From a bacterium (GTDB lineage Bacteria > Eisenbacteria > RBG-16-71-46): a stretch of 30,591 nt of DNA. Location: positions 1-30,591 of the forward strand of contig JAYWEM010000011.1 of NCBI GenBank assembly GCA_043779265.1, written 5' to 3'. The first letter of the stretch is position 1. Each line of letters starts with the position of its first letter. Shown here piece after piece: positions 8,880-19,086 of this stretch. A model generated the notes under the pieces. The model had not been told where the DNA came from, ran no database searches, and saw nothing but the letters and a program-made list of their open reading frames with translations. Made by a program: the position numbers and the translations under genes.

Positions 8880-10027
8880 CGTGCACCGCCCTGACCGGCC
8901 GCCAGCTCGCGCCGCTTGGACTCGAGCGTCGCGAGCAGGTCGTCATACGATTTGGCGAACGAGGCGACTCCCTCGCCCTCGAGTTCGGCGATCAGCGAAC
9001 CGACCGGGACGCCGAGCGCGACGAGACGCGGGAAGAGCGCGTTCGCCTCGTCCATCCCACGACGGATGCGGGTCTCGACCTCACCGTGGTCATTGAAGGC
9101 CTCGAGCGTGGCGGGCGGCACGGTATTCACCGTGTCGGGTCCGATCAGTTCCTCGAGGTAGAGCACATCGCGATAGGCGGGGTTCTTGGTGCTGGTCGAG
9201 GCCCACAGCGGCCGCTGGACGTGGGCCCCCTTGGCGACGAGCGCGCGGAAGCGGGGCTCCACGCTCGCACGTTCGAACGCCGCATAGGCGAGCCGCGCGT
9301 TGGCGACGGCGGCCTTGCCGCGCAGGCCCTCGAGTTCGCTGCGCTCGGTCGAGCCCGCGGGAAGCGTCGCGATGCGCTGGTCGATCGCAGCGTCCACCTT
9401 GGAGTCGACGCGCGAGATGAAGAACGACGCCACCGAGCGGACACGCGAGGGATCCCCACCGGCGGCCACGAGTCGCTCGAGGCCGCTGGCGTAAGCTTCC
9501 ATGACCTCCGCATAGCGGGTCAGCGAGAAGATGAGCGTGACATTGACGCTGATGCCGGCGGCGAGTGTGTCGGCGATCGCGGGTAGACAGGCGGCGGTCG
9601 CCGGGATCTTGATCATGACGTTGTCGCGCGCGACGGCGGCATGCAGTCGCTTGGCGGCTGCGGTCGTGCCCGCCGCGTCCTCGGCGAGTCGCGGGCTGAC
9701 CTCGAGGCTCACGCGGCCATCGAGCCCATGGCTCGAGTCGTACAACGGCCGCAGTCGATCGCAGGCCATCTGGATGTCCTCGATGGCGAGCGCCTCGAAC
9801 AGGCCCTCTCCCTCGAGTCCACGGGCGATGCCGGCGGCGATGGCGGTGTCGTAGTCGCTGCTCTTGGCGATGGCCTGCTGGAAGATGGTGGGGTTCGACG
9901 TGACGCCGACGACGCCGGCGTCGCGCAGCTGGGCATCGAACTCACCCGAAGTGAGATGCCCGCGACGGATGAAATCGAGCCAGATGCTCTGGCCGAGCGC
10001 GAGCAACTGATGGGCGCGGCTGGACAT
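8876..10027 (-). CDS. tal: Transaldolase (large type)
   Basis: GQSIWLD, GVTSNPTIF, VSLEVSP, NVMIKIPAT (Schiff-base Lys), NVTLIFS, SVASFFISRVD, QRPLWASTSTKNP. Strong SD AGGAGG precedes ATG 10027. Confidence 0.95.
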   Translation of the reverse strand: MSSRAHQLLALGQSIWLDFIRRGHLTSGEFDAQLRDAGVVGVTSNPTIFQQAIAKSSDYDTAIAAGIARGLEGEGLFEALAIEDIQMACDRLRPLYDSSHGLDGRVSLEVSPRLAEDAAGTTAAAKRLHAAVARDNVMIKIPATAACLPAIADTLAAGISVNVTLIFSLTRYAEVMEAYASGLERLVAAGGDPSRVRSVASFFISRVDSKVDAAIDQRIATLPAGSTERSELEGLRGKAAVANARLAYAAFERASVEPRFRALVAKGAHVQRPLWASTSTKNPAYRDVLYLEELIGPDTVNTVPPATLEAFNDHGEVETRIRRGMDEANALFPRLVALGVPVGSLIAELEGEGVASFAKSYDDLLATLESKRRELAAGQGGAR

Positions 10028-10204
10028 GGGAACCTCCTGTGTTCCGTGAGGTGGTGGCTCGAGGGTTCGAGCAGGCGAGTGCGGCGCGCGCGAGTGCGCG
10101 AGGCTCCCATGGCGTGTCATCGGCCCACAGCCGAGCCCGCTGCAGTGCGGTGCGCACCTTCGTCTCGGCGAGGATGCGGCGCAGCGGGCGAGGCTGCAAG
10201 TGGA

Positions 10205-11686
10205 TCAGCGACCGTAAATGCCGGTCAATGCGCGCAGTCGCTCGGCGAGCTCCGGCGAGGCCTGTCCGGAGATGAGGCGCCACTGCCAGTTCCCGCTTGC
10301 GCGACCGGGCAGATTCATACGCGAGTCGCTTCCCAGTGCCAGCACATCCTGCATCTGGGCGACGAAACTGTCGGCCACGGATGCGCTGCCGAGCCGGAGC
10401 AGATCCCACGCGATGTCCGATCCGTCGCGGGCCAGGTAGCTGCGGACATGATCGCGCTCGGCATCCGATGCGGTCGCCCACCATCCCGCGACCGGGTCGT
10501 TGTCATGCGATCCGGTGTAGGCGGCGCAATGAGCGGTTTCGAATCGGTGCGGGAGGAATGGGTTCTCGGAACCCGATCCGAACGCGAATGTGAGCACGCG
10601 CATGCCGGGGAACTCATGCCGATCGCGCAGTGCGAAGACCTCGGGGGAGACCTCGCCGAGATCCTCGGCGAGGATCGGCAAGGGGCCCAGGGCGGTCTCG
10701 AGCGCGTCGAACAGCGCCGAGCCCGGCCCTGGGACCCAGCGTCCCTTGCGCGCATCCGGGGCATCGGCCGGGATCTCGAAGTAGTTGTGGAATCCGATGA
10801 AGTGATCCAGTCGAACGCGATCGACGAGCGTGAGCTGCGTTCGCAGGCGCTCGATCCACCACGCGTAGCCCTCGTCGGCGAGACGATCCCAGCGGTAGAG
10901 CGGATTGCCCCACAGCTGACCGGTCTCGCTGAAGTAGTCGGGCGGCACGCCGGCCACCACGCTGGGTCGGCTTGCATCGTCCAGGAAGAACAGCTCGGGA
11001 CGCGACCACACGTCCGCACTGTCGTGCGCGACGAAGATCGGCGCGTCGCCCAGGATGGCGATGCCCTTCGAGTGGGCGTGCGCCCGGAGTTGCGCCCACT
11101 GGCGATGGAACAACCACTGCGCCACCTCGTGCACTCGGACGCGCGCGTGCAGTTCATGACGCGCGCGCGTGAGCGAGGCGGGCTCGCGCTGCCTCAGTGT
11201 GTCGTCCCAGTGCTCCCATGACCGGCCGCCATGCGCGTCTTTCAGAGCCGAGAACAGCGAGTAGTCCGCGAGCCACGGCTGGGCGGCGCGCCATGCGTCG
11301 AACTCGCCCTCGAGCGCCGGGTTCGAGGCGAGCGCTCCGCTCGCCTGCTCGAGCCAGGCCCAGCGCTGCGGAATCACCACGCCATAGTCCACGCGGTCCG
11401 AGGCGGCGACGATCACACCCTCGAGATCCGTCGGGCGGAGCAGCCCGTCTTCCACCAGTCGCTCGGGCGAGACGAGGAAGGGATTGCCCGCGAACGCGGA
11501 GAAGCTCTGATAGGGCGAGTCGCCGTAGCCGGTCGGTGTCAGCGGCAGGACCTGCCAGATGCGCTGTCCTGCGGCGTGCAGGAAGTCCACGAAGCGATGG
11601 GCCTCGGCTCCGAGGTCGCCGATGCCGAAGCGACCGGGAAGCGAGGTCGGATGGAGCAGGATGCCGCTCGAACGTGGGAATCGCAT
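10205..11686 (-). CDS. malQ: 4-alpha-glucanotransferase (amylomaltase, GH77)
   Basis: SGILLHPTSLP, WQVLPL, SPYQSFSAFAGN, AGVPPDYFSETGQLWGNPLY; catalytic motifs RLDHFIGF, AEDLG, YTGSHDND. Confidence 0.95.
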   Translation of the reverse strand: MRFPRSSGILLHPTSLPGRFGIGDLGAEAHRFVDFLHAAGQRIWQVLPLTPTGYGDSPYQSFSAFAGNPFLVSPERLVEDGLLRPTDLEGVIVAASDRVDYGVVIPQRWAWLEQASGALASNPALEGEFDAWRAAQPWLADYSLFSALKDAHGGRSWEHWDDTLRQREPASLTRARHELHARVRVHEVAQWLFHRQWAQLRAHAHSKGIAILGDAPIFVAHDSADVWSRPELFFLDDASRPSVVAGVPPDYFSETGQLWGNPLYRWDRLADEGYAWWIERLRTQLTLVDRVRLDHFIGFHNYFEIPADAPDARKGRWVPGPGSALFDALETALGPLPILAEDLGEVSPEVFALRDRHEFPGMRVLTFAFGSGSENPFLPHRFETAHCAAYTGSHDNDPVAGWWATASDAERDHVRSYLARDGSDIAWDLLRLGSASVADSFVAQMQDVLALGSDSRMNLPGRASGNWQWRLISGQASPELAERLRALTGIYGR

Positions 11687-11757
11687 TCAGCGCGTCTCTC
11701 GGAGGAGGTGGGGAAGTCGTCGCGGGGCTGCTCCGGTCACCCTCGCACGATTGACGA

Positions 11758-11786
11758 CGCCCCGCGAGCGCTCGGCTCGCGGGGCG
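11758..11786 (-). terminator. Perfect 12-bp hairpin between the thioredoxin-family gene and malQ
   Basis: CGCCCCGCGAGC(11758-11769), 5-nt loop, GCTCGCGGGGCG(11775-11786), about 22 nt after the upstream stop; weak U-tract. Confidence 0.55.
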
Positions 11787-11808
11787 CATCAACCCGTGGA
11801 GGGATCGT

Positions 11809-12447
11809 TCAGCTGGCGGTCTTGCGGAACTTGATCGTGCAGCCGAGCGCCTTGGTCTTCGACTCACCCACGGGCTTGCCCGCAGCGACCGCGACGACGG
11901 CATCCGAGAGCCAGCGGGCCTCGACGGCCTTGGCATCACGCGCGTTGTCATCGATGGCGCCGTGGTAGACGAGCTTGCCCTTGGCATCGAACAGGAACAC
12001 CTCGGGCGTGCGTGTCGCACCGAAAGCACGCGCGATGTCGGACGAGGCGTCGACGACGTAGGGGAAGCGAAGCCCGAGCTTCTTGGCGCGCTTCTTCATC
12101 TCGTCGAAGCCGTCCTCGGCATTCTGCGCCGGATCATTCGGGTTGATGGCGATGACGCCGATCCCGCTCTTGGCGGCGGCGTTGCCCACTTCGGCGATTC
12201 GCGTCTCCCAGTTCTTGACCCAGGGGCAGGCGTTGCACGTGAAGATGACGAGCGTGCCCTTCTTGCCGGTCGCCTTGGCGATGGTGAGCGACTTGCCATC
12301 GATGCCCTGCATCGGGACATCGGCCATCGGGGCCGAGGCGCCGAGTTCGAGCGCGGTCGGCGCGGTCGGCGCGGCCGTCTCCTGCGCCGAGGCGGGCACA
12401 GCCAGGAGTGCCGAGAGTGCGAAAGCGGTGAGCAGCGGATTCCTCAT
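11809..12447 (-). CDS. Exported thioredoxin-fold redoxin (AhpC/TSA, peroxiredoxin-like family)
   Basis: Signal peptide ending ASA; IFTCNACPWV, AINPND, FPYVVD, FGATRTPEVFLFD, YHGAIDD, GCTIK. SD AGGAGGA. Confidence 0.9.
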   Translation of the reverse strand: MRNPLLTAFALSALLAVPASAQETAAPTAPTALELGASAPMADVPMQGIDGKSLTIAKATGKKGTLVIFTCNACPWVKNWETRIAEVGNAAAKSGIGVIAINPNDPAQNAEDGFDEMKKRAKKLGLRFPYVVDASSDIARAFGATRTPEVFLFDAKGKLVYHGAIDDNARDAKAVEARWLSDAVVAVAAGKPVGESKTKALGCTIKFRKTAS

Positions 12448-12977
12448 GAGGGTCCTCCTTCTGGGGTGAGTGCCTTCTGGACTGCGTTCTCGAATCGAGC
12501 GGAGTCGGCGCTGCCTTCCCAGAACGCGCTCAGTCGACCCTCACGGTCGAACACGAGCGTCGCGGGAAGCGCCCCGCTCCACTGCGGATGAACCGAATCG
12601 ATGAACTCCTGGTCCTTCTCGCTCTTGATCCAACTGGTATCCGCATAGCCCTGCGACGCGAGGAAGGCCCGTGCCTCAGCGACCTGGTCGTCGAAGTCCG
12701 CGGATAGGAGCAACAGCCGGACGCGTCCCTCGTGGCGTGCGGATGTCGCGAGCATGGCCGGGAACTTCTCGCGGCACGGTGCACACCACGTCGCCCAGAC
12801 ACTGACGATCGTGACTTCGGCCGCGCCGTTTCGAGCGCGCTGCATCAGGCTCGCGCCGGTGGAGGCGATGACGGGAGGACCCGCGGGATCGACCGCAGCG
12901 ACGGCCGGGGCACGCTCGGCCCCGGGCGTGCAGCCCGTGAGCACGCCGAGCACGAGGATCGCAAGGAGAAGTCGCAT
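12444..12977 (-). CDS. TlpA-family thiol:disulfide oxidoreductase lipoprotein
   Basis: Lipoprotein signal MRLLLAILVLGVLTGC; VWATWCAPCRE; WSGALPATLVFD. ATGA overlap with the downstream redoxin gene. Confidence 0.85.
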   Translation of the reverse strand: MRLLLAILVLGVLTGCTPGAERAPAVAAVDPAGPPVIASTGASLMQRARNGAAEVTIVSVWATWCAPCREKFPAMLATSARHEGRVRLLLLSADFDDQVAEARAFLASQGYADTSWIKSEKDQEFIDSVHPQWSGALPATLVFDREGRLSAFWEGSADSARFENAVQKALTPEGGPS

Positions 12978-13079
12978 CCGAACAGCCTGCCGTCTTCGAC
13001 TCCCAGAATGTGTCCGGCCCACGTCAGGAGGATGGGAGCATCCCACCGACGCGGGCCGGGGCACGACGAGAGCGCGACC

Positions 13080-15082
<2,003 letters not shown>

Positions 15083-15086
<4 letters not shown>

Positions 15087-16093
15087 AGGGATCCTCCGGG
15101 TGAGGAAGTGGCGTGGAATCGCGTGGACGAGAGGGCACAGGTGGCGGCGCCCCAGACCGCGGTCTTGGGGTCGAGGACGACCGCGACGGGGATGCGCGTG
15201 AGCAAGGGGGAGAGGCGTCCCTTGTCGATGAAGCCCTGCATGAAGCCGCCGCGCTCGAGGAACGGCAGCACCTTGGGAGCGATGCCGCCGCCGATGAACA
15301 GTCCGCCCATCGCAAGCGCCTTCAGCGCGAGATTCCCCGCCTCGGCGCCGTAGATCTCGACGAATCGTTCGAGTGTCAGCCGGGCTCGCTCGCACGAGCC
15401 CTCGATGGCGGTCTCGGTGACGATCGCGGCCGGCTCGGTGGCACGATCGAATCGCATCGCCACCTCCTCGGGTTCGTGACCGCGCCGCGTCTCGCGGAAG
15501 AAGCGATAGAGATCGGCGAGACCCGGTCCCGAGAGCACGCGCTCGTAGCTGACGCGGCCGTACTTGGCGCGCAGCCAGTGGAGCAACTCGTCTTCCAGTG
15601 AGTCGCGCGGCCCGAAGTCGGTGTGGCCGCCCTCCGACGGGCTCGGGTGCCAGCGCGCGCCATCCCACGGAAGCAGCGCCTCGCCGAGGCCGGTGCCCGC
15701 GGCGATCAGCGCACGATTCGAGCGCAGGTTCTCGCCCGGCTGCAGGACGAGAAGGTCGCGCTCGCCGAGCGTCTCGAGTCCCCATGCGGTGGCCTCGAGG
15801 TCGTTGAGGAGGAGCACCTCGGCGCCGAATCGCTCGGCCATCGCCGGCCCATCGACATGCCACGGCAGATTGGTCGTGATGCAGCGATTCTCGGCGACCG
15901 GACCCGCGATTCCGAGCACCATGCGAGTCGGCATGACGCGGGCGCGTGCGAGGAAGGGTTCGATCAAGGACTCGAGCGACGCCGAACCGCGCGTCAGCAC
16001 CCGCTCCTCGAACTTGGGAGCGCGCGCGGATGCGCCTGGCTCGAACAGGGCCAGCTGCGCCTTGGTGCCGCCGATGTCGCCTGCGAGGATCAC
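15083..16093 (-). CDS. glk: Glucokinase
   Basis: ILAGDIGGTK, GIAGPV, TNLPW, LLNDLEA, AGTGLGEA, SEGGH, SYERVLSGPGL, IGGGIAPK. Start is GTG 16093 (MILAGD..., apparently leaderless) or ATG 16102. Confidence 0.93.
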
Positions 16094-16100
16094 GTTGGGC

Positions 16101-16106
16101 ATCCTA
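16101..16106 (-). promoter_or_regulatory. Putative -10 element for leaderless glk transcript
   Basis: Minus-strand TAGGAT lies 7 nt upstream of GTG 16093; no SD; -35 poor. Confidence 0.45.
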
Positions 16107-16137
16107 CTGGCGCACCACCCCATGAGCCAGTGGCCGG

Positions 16138-16166
16138 TTGTCCCGGATCGCGCTCGCGCCTAACGT
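16138..16166 (+). promoter_or_regulatory. Putative sigma70-type promoter for leaderless moeB transcript
   Basis: TTGTCC(16138-16143), 17 nt, TAACGT(16161-16166), 6 nt, ATG 16173; no SD. Confidence 0.55.
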
Positions 16167-16172
16167 CCGAGC

Positions 16173-17324
16173 ATGGCACGCACCCCTGCACCGCCGCTCG
16201 ACCACGCCGAGCTCCGCCGCTACGGCCGTCACGTCGTGATGCCCGAGATGGGTCTCGAGGGACAGCAGCGCTTGAAGCAGGGTCGCGTGCTGATGATCGG
16301 TGCGGGCGGCCTCGGCTCTCCCGCCGCGCTCTATCTCGCGGCCGCGGGCGTCGGCACGATCGGCATTGCCGACTTCGATGACGTGGAGGAGAGCAACCTG
16401 CAACGGCAGGTGGCACATGGGACATCGTGGATCGGTCGACCGAAGCTCGCATCCATCACGGCGCGCCTCACGGACCTGAATCCATTGGTGCGCGTCGTGC
16501 CGCATGCCGTCCGGATCGATCGGACGAATGCGCTCTCGATCCTCGCGGACTACGACGTCGTGCTCGATGGGGCGGATAACTTCGCGACCCGCTACCTCGT
16601 GAACGACGCGTGCGTGAAGCTCGGCAAGCCGGATGTGCATGGCAGCATCCTCCGATTCGAAGGGCAGGCGAGCGTGTTCGATGCCTCGCGAGGCCCCTGC
16701 TATCGATGTCTCTTCCCCGAACCGCCCCCAGCAGGCTCGGTGCCCTCGTGCGCCGAGGCGGGCGTGCTCGGCGTGCTCCCGGGCGTGATCGGCTCGATCA
16801 TGGCGACCGAGGCCATCAAGCATCTGCTGGGCGGTGAGGGCATGCTCGTCGGTCGGCTGCTTCTGTACGATGCGCTCGCGATGCGGTTCCGGGAGTTGAG
16901 CATCCGCCGGGACCCCGCGTGCCCGGCGTGCGGACCGGGTGGGCGAGAGGCCGAACTGCCGGACTACGAGGAGATCTGCGGCGTGAGCGAGAGCAAGACG
17001 ATTCTCGAGGACGAGATCACGGCCCGCGCGCTGTCCGACCGATTGGCGCGAGGGGAGCAGTTGGTGTTGCTCGACGTGCGCGAGCACGTCGAGTGGTCCA
17101 TCGGGCACCTTCCCGGCGCGACGCACGTGCCGCTGGGCGCACTCGCGACGCGCGTCGGGGAGCTCGACCCCACGGTGTCCACCATCGTCTACTGTCATCA
17201 CGGCGTGCGCAGTCGTCGCGCCATCACGTGGTTGGCGACACAGGGTTTCGCGCGACTCAAGAATCTGACCGGCGGCATCGATGCATGGTCCTCCGGAGTC
17301 GACCCCGAAGTGCCGCGCTACTGA
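16173..17324 (+). CDS. moeB: MoeB/ThiF adenylyltransferase fused to rhodanese (MoeZ/MoeBR type)
   Basis: RYGRH, IGAGGLGSP, DFDDVEESNLQRQ, DNFATRY, CYRC and CPAC Zn motifs, SCAEAGVLG; rhodanese LLDVRE...YCHHGVRS...GGIDAW. Confidence 0.92.
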   Translation: MARTPAPPLDHAELRRYGRHVVMPEMGLEGQQRLKQGRVLMIGAGGLGSPAALYLAAAGVGTIGIADFDDVEESNLQRQVAHGTSWIGRPKLASITARLTDLNPLVRVVPHAVRIDRTNALSILADYDVVLDGADNFATRYLVNDACVKLGKPDVHGSILRFEGQASVFDASRGPCYRCLFPEPPPAGSVPSCAEAGVLGVLPGVIGSIMATEAIKHLLGGEGMLVGRLLLYDALAMRFRELSIRRDPACPACGPGGREAELPDYEEICGVSESKTILEDEITARALSDRLARGEQLVLLDVREHVEWSIGHLPGATHVPLGALATRVGELDPTVSTIVYCHHGVRSRRAITWLATQGFARLKNLTGGIDAWSSGVDPEVPRY

Positions 17325-17349
17325 GTCCCCGCTCCGAGGAGACGTCTCG

Positions 17350-18810
17350 ATGGTCCACAACCTCTCCACGTTCTCGCGCTTGTCGGTTGCCGTGATCGCT
17401 GTCGCTGTGATCGCCGGGTGCGCGGTCAATCCGGTCACGGGAAAACGCGAACTCTCGCTCATCAGCGCGAACCAGGAACTCGCCATCGGCCGTGACGGAT
17501 ACGGCGCCACCGTGGCGGAGTTCGGACTCCTCGAGGATGCCTCGCTCTTCGCGTATGTCGACAGCATCGGGCAGGCGCTCGCGAAGCGTTCCGAACAGCC
17601 GGAGCTGGGCTGGCACTTCACCGTGCTCGACGACCCGGTCGTCAATGCCTTCGCGATGCCGGGTGGGTACATCTACATCACGCGCGGGATCCTCGCGCAT
17701 CTCCAGAGCGAGGCGCAGTTGGCGGGCGTGCTCGGCCACGAGATCGGCCATGTCACCGCGCGGCACGCGGCTCGCCAGATCACGCAGCAGCAATTGACCG
17801 GACTCGGAATCGGCATCGCGAGCATCGTCTCGGAGGATTTCCGGAGATACGGCGGCGCCGCGGAACAGGCGCTTGGACTCCTGCTGCTCAAGTACGGCCG
17901 TGACGACGAGAACCAGTCCGACCTGCTCGGAGTGCGCTATGCGACGGCGGCGAACTACGACCCACGTGAGATCCCGTCGACCTACGCGATGCTGCGCCGC
18001 ATCGGCGAGCGATCCGGTCAGCGACTGCCGTCGTTCCTCAGCACGCATCCCGATCCAGGCGATCGTGAGGTGCGTACCGCCGCGCTCGCGCGTGAGGCCG
18101 CCGCAGGCAAGACGGGTCTACTCATCCGCCAGCGGGCCTTCCTCGAGCGGCTGAAGGGCCTCGCCTATGGCGAGGACCCGCGCCAGGGCTACTTCGAGGA
18201 GTCCCGCTTCTTCCATCCGACGCTTGGCTTCGAGATGGGCTTCCCCGCGGGATGGCAGACCCAGAACTCGCGCGCCGCGGTCTCGGCGCAGTCGCAGGAT
18301 CGGAAGTCGATGATGCAGCTCTCACTCGCCACTGACGCTCGCGCGCTGTCTCCCGCGGAGTACGTCGCGGCGCTGCAGCGCGACGGCCGCATCGCCTCCG
18401 CACACGGCCGCTCCGAGACCATCGGTGGCTGGCCCGCCTGGACGGGTCGGCTGGCGCTGCCGGCGAAGGACGGCACGACGGTCACGATCCCCGCCGCCTT
18501 CGTGCGGCAGGCACCCGACCGACTCGTCCAGTTCATCGCGCGGGTCCCGGACGAGGCCGGGGAGCGGCAGATGCTGCAGGCGGTCCGATCGCTACGGCCA
18601 CTGATCGATCCAGCGCGGGCCCGGGCACTGCCCGCACGACTCGGGCTGGTGCCAGCCCCAGTGGCGGGGAGCTTCGAGAGCATCCACGGCCGCATCGGGG
18701 GGAACGGACTGACCCTGGCGGAGGCGGCGCTCCTCAATGGAGTGGAACCCGACGAGGGGGTCCAGGCGGGCGTCTGGATCAAGGTCGTGGAGCCCGCGAG
18801 ACTGCGCTGA
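17350..18810 (+). CDS. M48 family zinc metalloprotease lipoprotein with probable C-terminal LysM-like segment
   Basis: Lipobox IAGC followed by AVNPVTG; NAFAMPGG; HEIGH Zn motif; YGRDDENQSD; FLSTHP; C-terminal ALLNG...AGVWIKVV. SD GAGGAG precedes ATG 17350. Confidence 0.9.
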   Translation: MVHNLSTFSRLSVAVIAVAVIAGCAVNPVTGKRELSLISANQELAIGRDGYGATVAEFGLLEDASLFAYVDSIGQALAKRSEQPELGWHFTVLDDPVVNAFAMPGGYIYITRGILAHLQSEAQLAGVLGHEIGHVTARHAARQITQQQLTGLGIGIASIVSEDFRRYGGAAEQALGLLLLKYGRDDENQSDLLGVRYATAANYDPREIPSTYAMLRRIGERSGQRLPSFLSTHPDPGDREVRTAALAREAAAGKTGLLIRQRAFLERLKGLAYGEDPRQGYFEESRFFHPTLGFEMGFPAGWQTQNSRAAVSAQSQDRKSMMQLSLATDARALSPAEYVAALQRDGRIASAHGRSETIGGWPAWTGRLALPAKDGTTVTIPAAFVRQAPDRLVQFIARVPDEAGERQMLQAVRSLRPLIDPARARALPARLGLVPAPVAGSFESIHGRIGGNGLTLAEAALLNGVEPDEGVQAGVWIKVVEPARLR

Positions 18811-18824
18811 TCCGGCCGACGACG

Positions 18825-18859
18825 GGGGCTTCGCCCCAGCGCCCGAGGGCAGAAGCCCC
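18825..18859 (+). terminator. Possible terminator hairpin after the M48 protease gene
   Basis: GGGGCTTC(18825-18832) pairs with GAAGCCCC(18852-18859), plus inner GCCC/GGGC; no U-tract. Confidence 0.4.
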
Positions 18860-18932
18860 AGCTCCGAGGGCCCGTGGCGAGTGCTCGCGAGGCGCGATGC
18901 CCGGCGGTTCGATGCTGTTTGCATGGTTCTTG

Positions 18933-18957
18933 TAAGTCGTTGCCAAATAAATGGTTG
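18933..18957. promoter_or_regulatory. AT-rich patch with IHF-like site(s)
   Basis: TAAGTCGTTG reads CAACGACTTA on the minus strand (CAA-N4-TTR core of WATCAANNNNTTR). An adjacent degenerate inverted copy reads AAATAAATGGTTG. Located about 60 bp upstream of a -24/-12 element. Confidence 0.4.
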
Positions 18958-19013
18958 AAGCGAAGTTCGGCTCAGCCGACCGTGCAGGCGGCACGCTCGC
19001 GATGAACGCGCGC

Positions 19014-19030
19014 TCGGCACGTCCGGTGCA
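19014..19030 (+). promoter_or_regulatory. Putative sigma54 (RpoN) -24/-12 promoter
   Basis: TCGGCACGTCCGGTGCA versus consensus YTGGCACG-N4-TTGCW; GG(19016-17)-N10-GC(19028-29); 56 nt upstream of ATG 19087. Confidence 0.55.
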
Positions 19031-19086
19031 CTGGTATCCAGGTGATTCGACTGGGCGCTCGACGCCCCGACCCACTGGAGACCTCC

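Noticed and set aside
12352..12374. 9-nt tandem repeat CGCGGTCGG
   Set aside because: Encodes a trivial APTAPTA linker after a signal peptide; too short for a CRISPR or functional repeat.
15087..15863. Apparent N-terminal extension of about 260 aa on transketolase (927-aa ORF), suggesting a fusion
   Set aside because: The extension is Arg-rich off-frame translation of glk; an SD plus TTG at 15086 gives a normal-length Tkt.
18989..19005. Second sigma54-like half site CGGCACG
   Set aside because: No GC dinucleotide at the required 10-nt spacing.
18811..19086. Riboswitch or ncRNA in the long intergenic region
   Set aside because: No known aptamer consensus recognised; the region is better explained by a hairpin, IHF-like site and sigma54 promoter. 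An Rfam scan would settle it.
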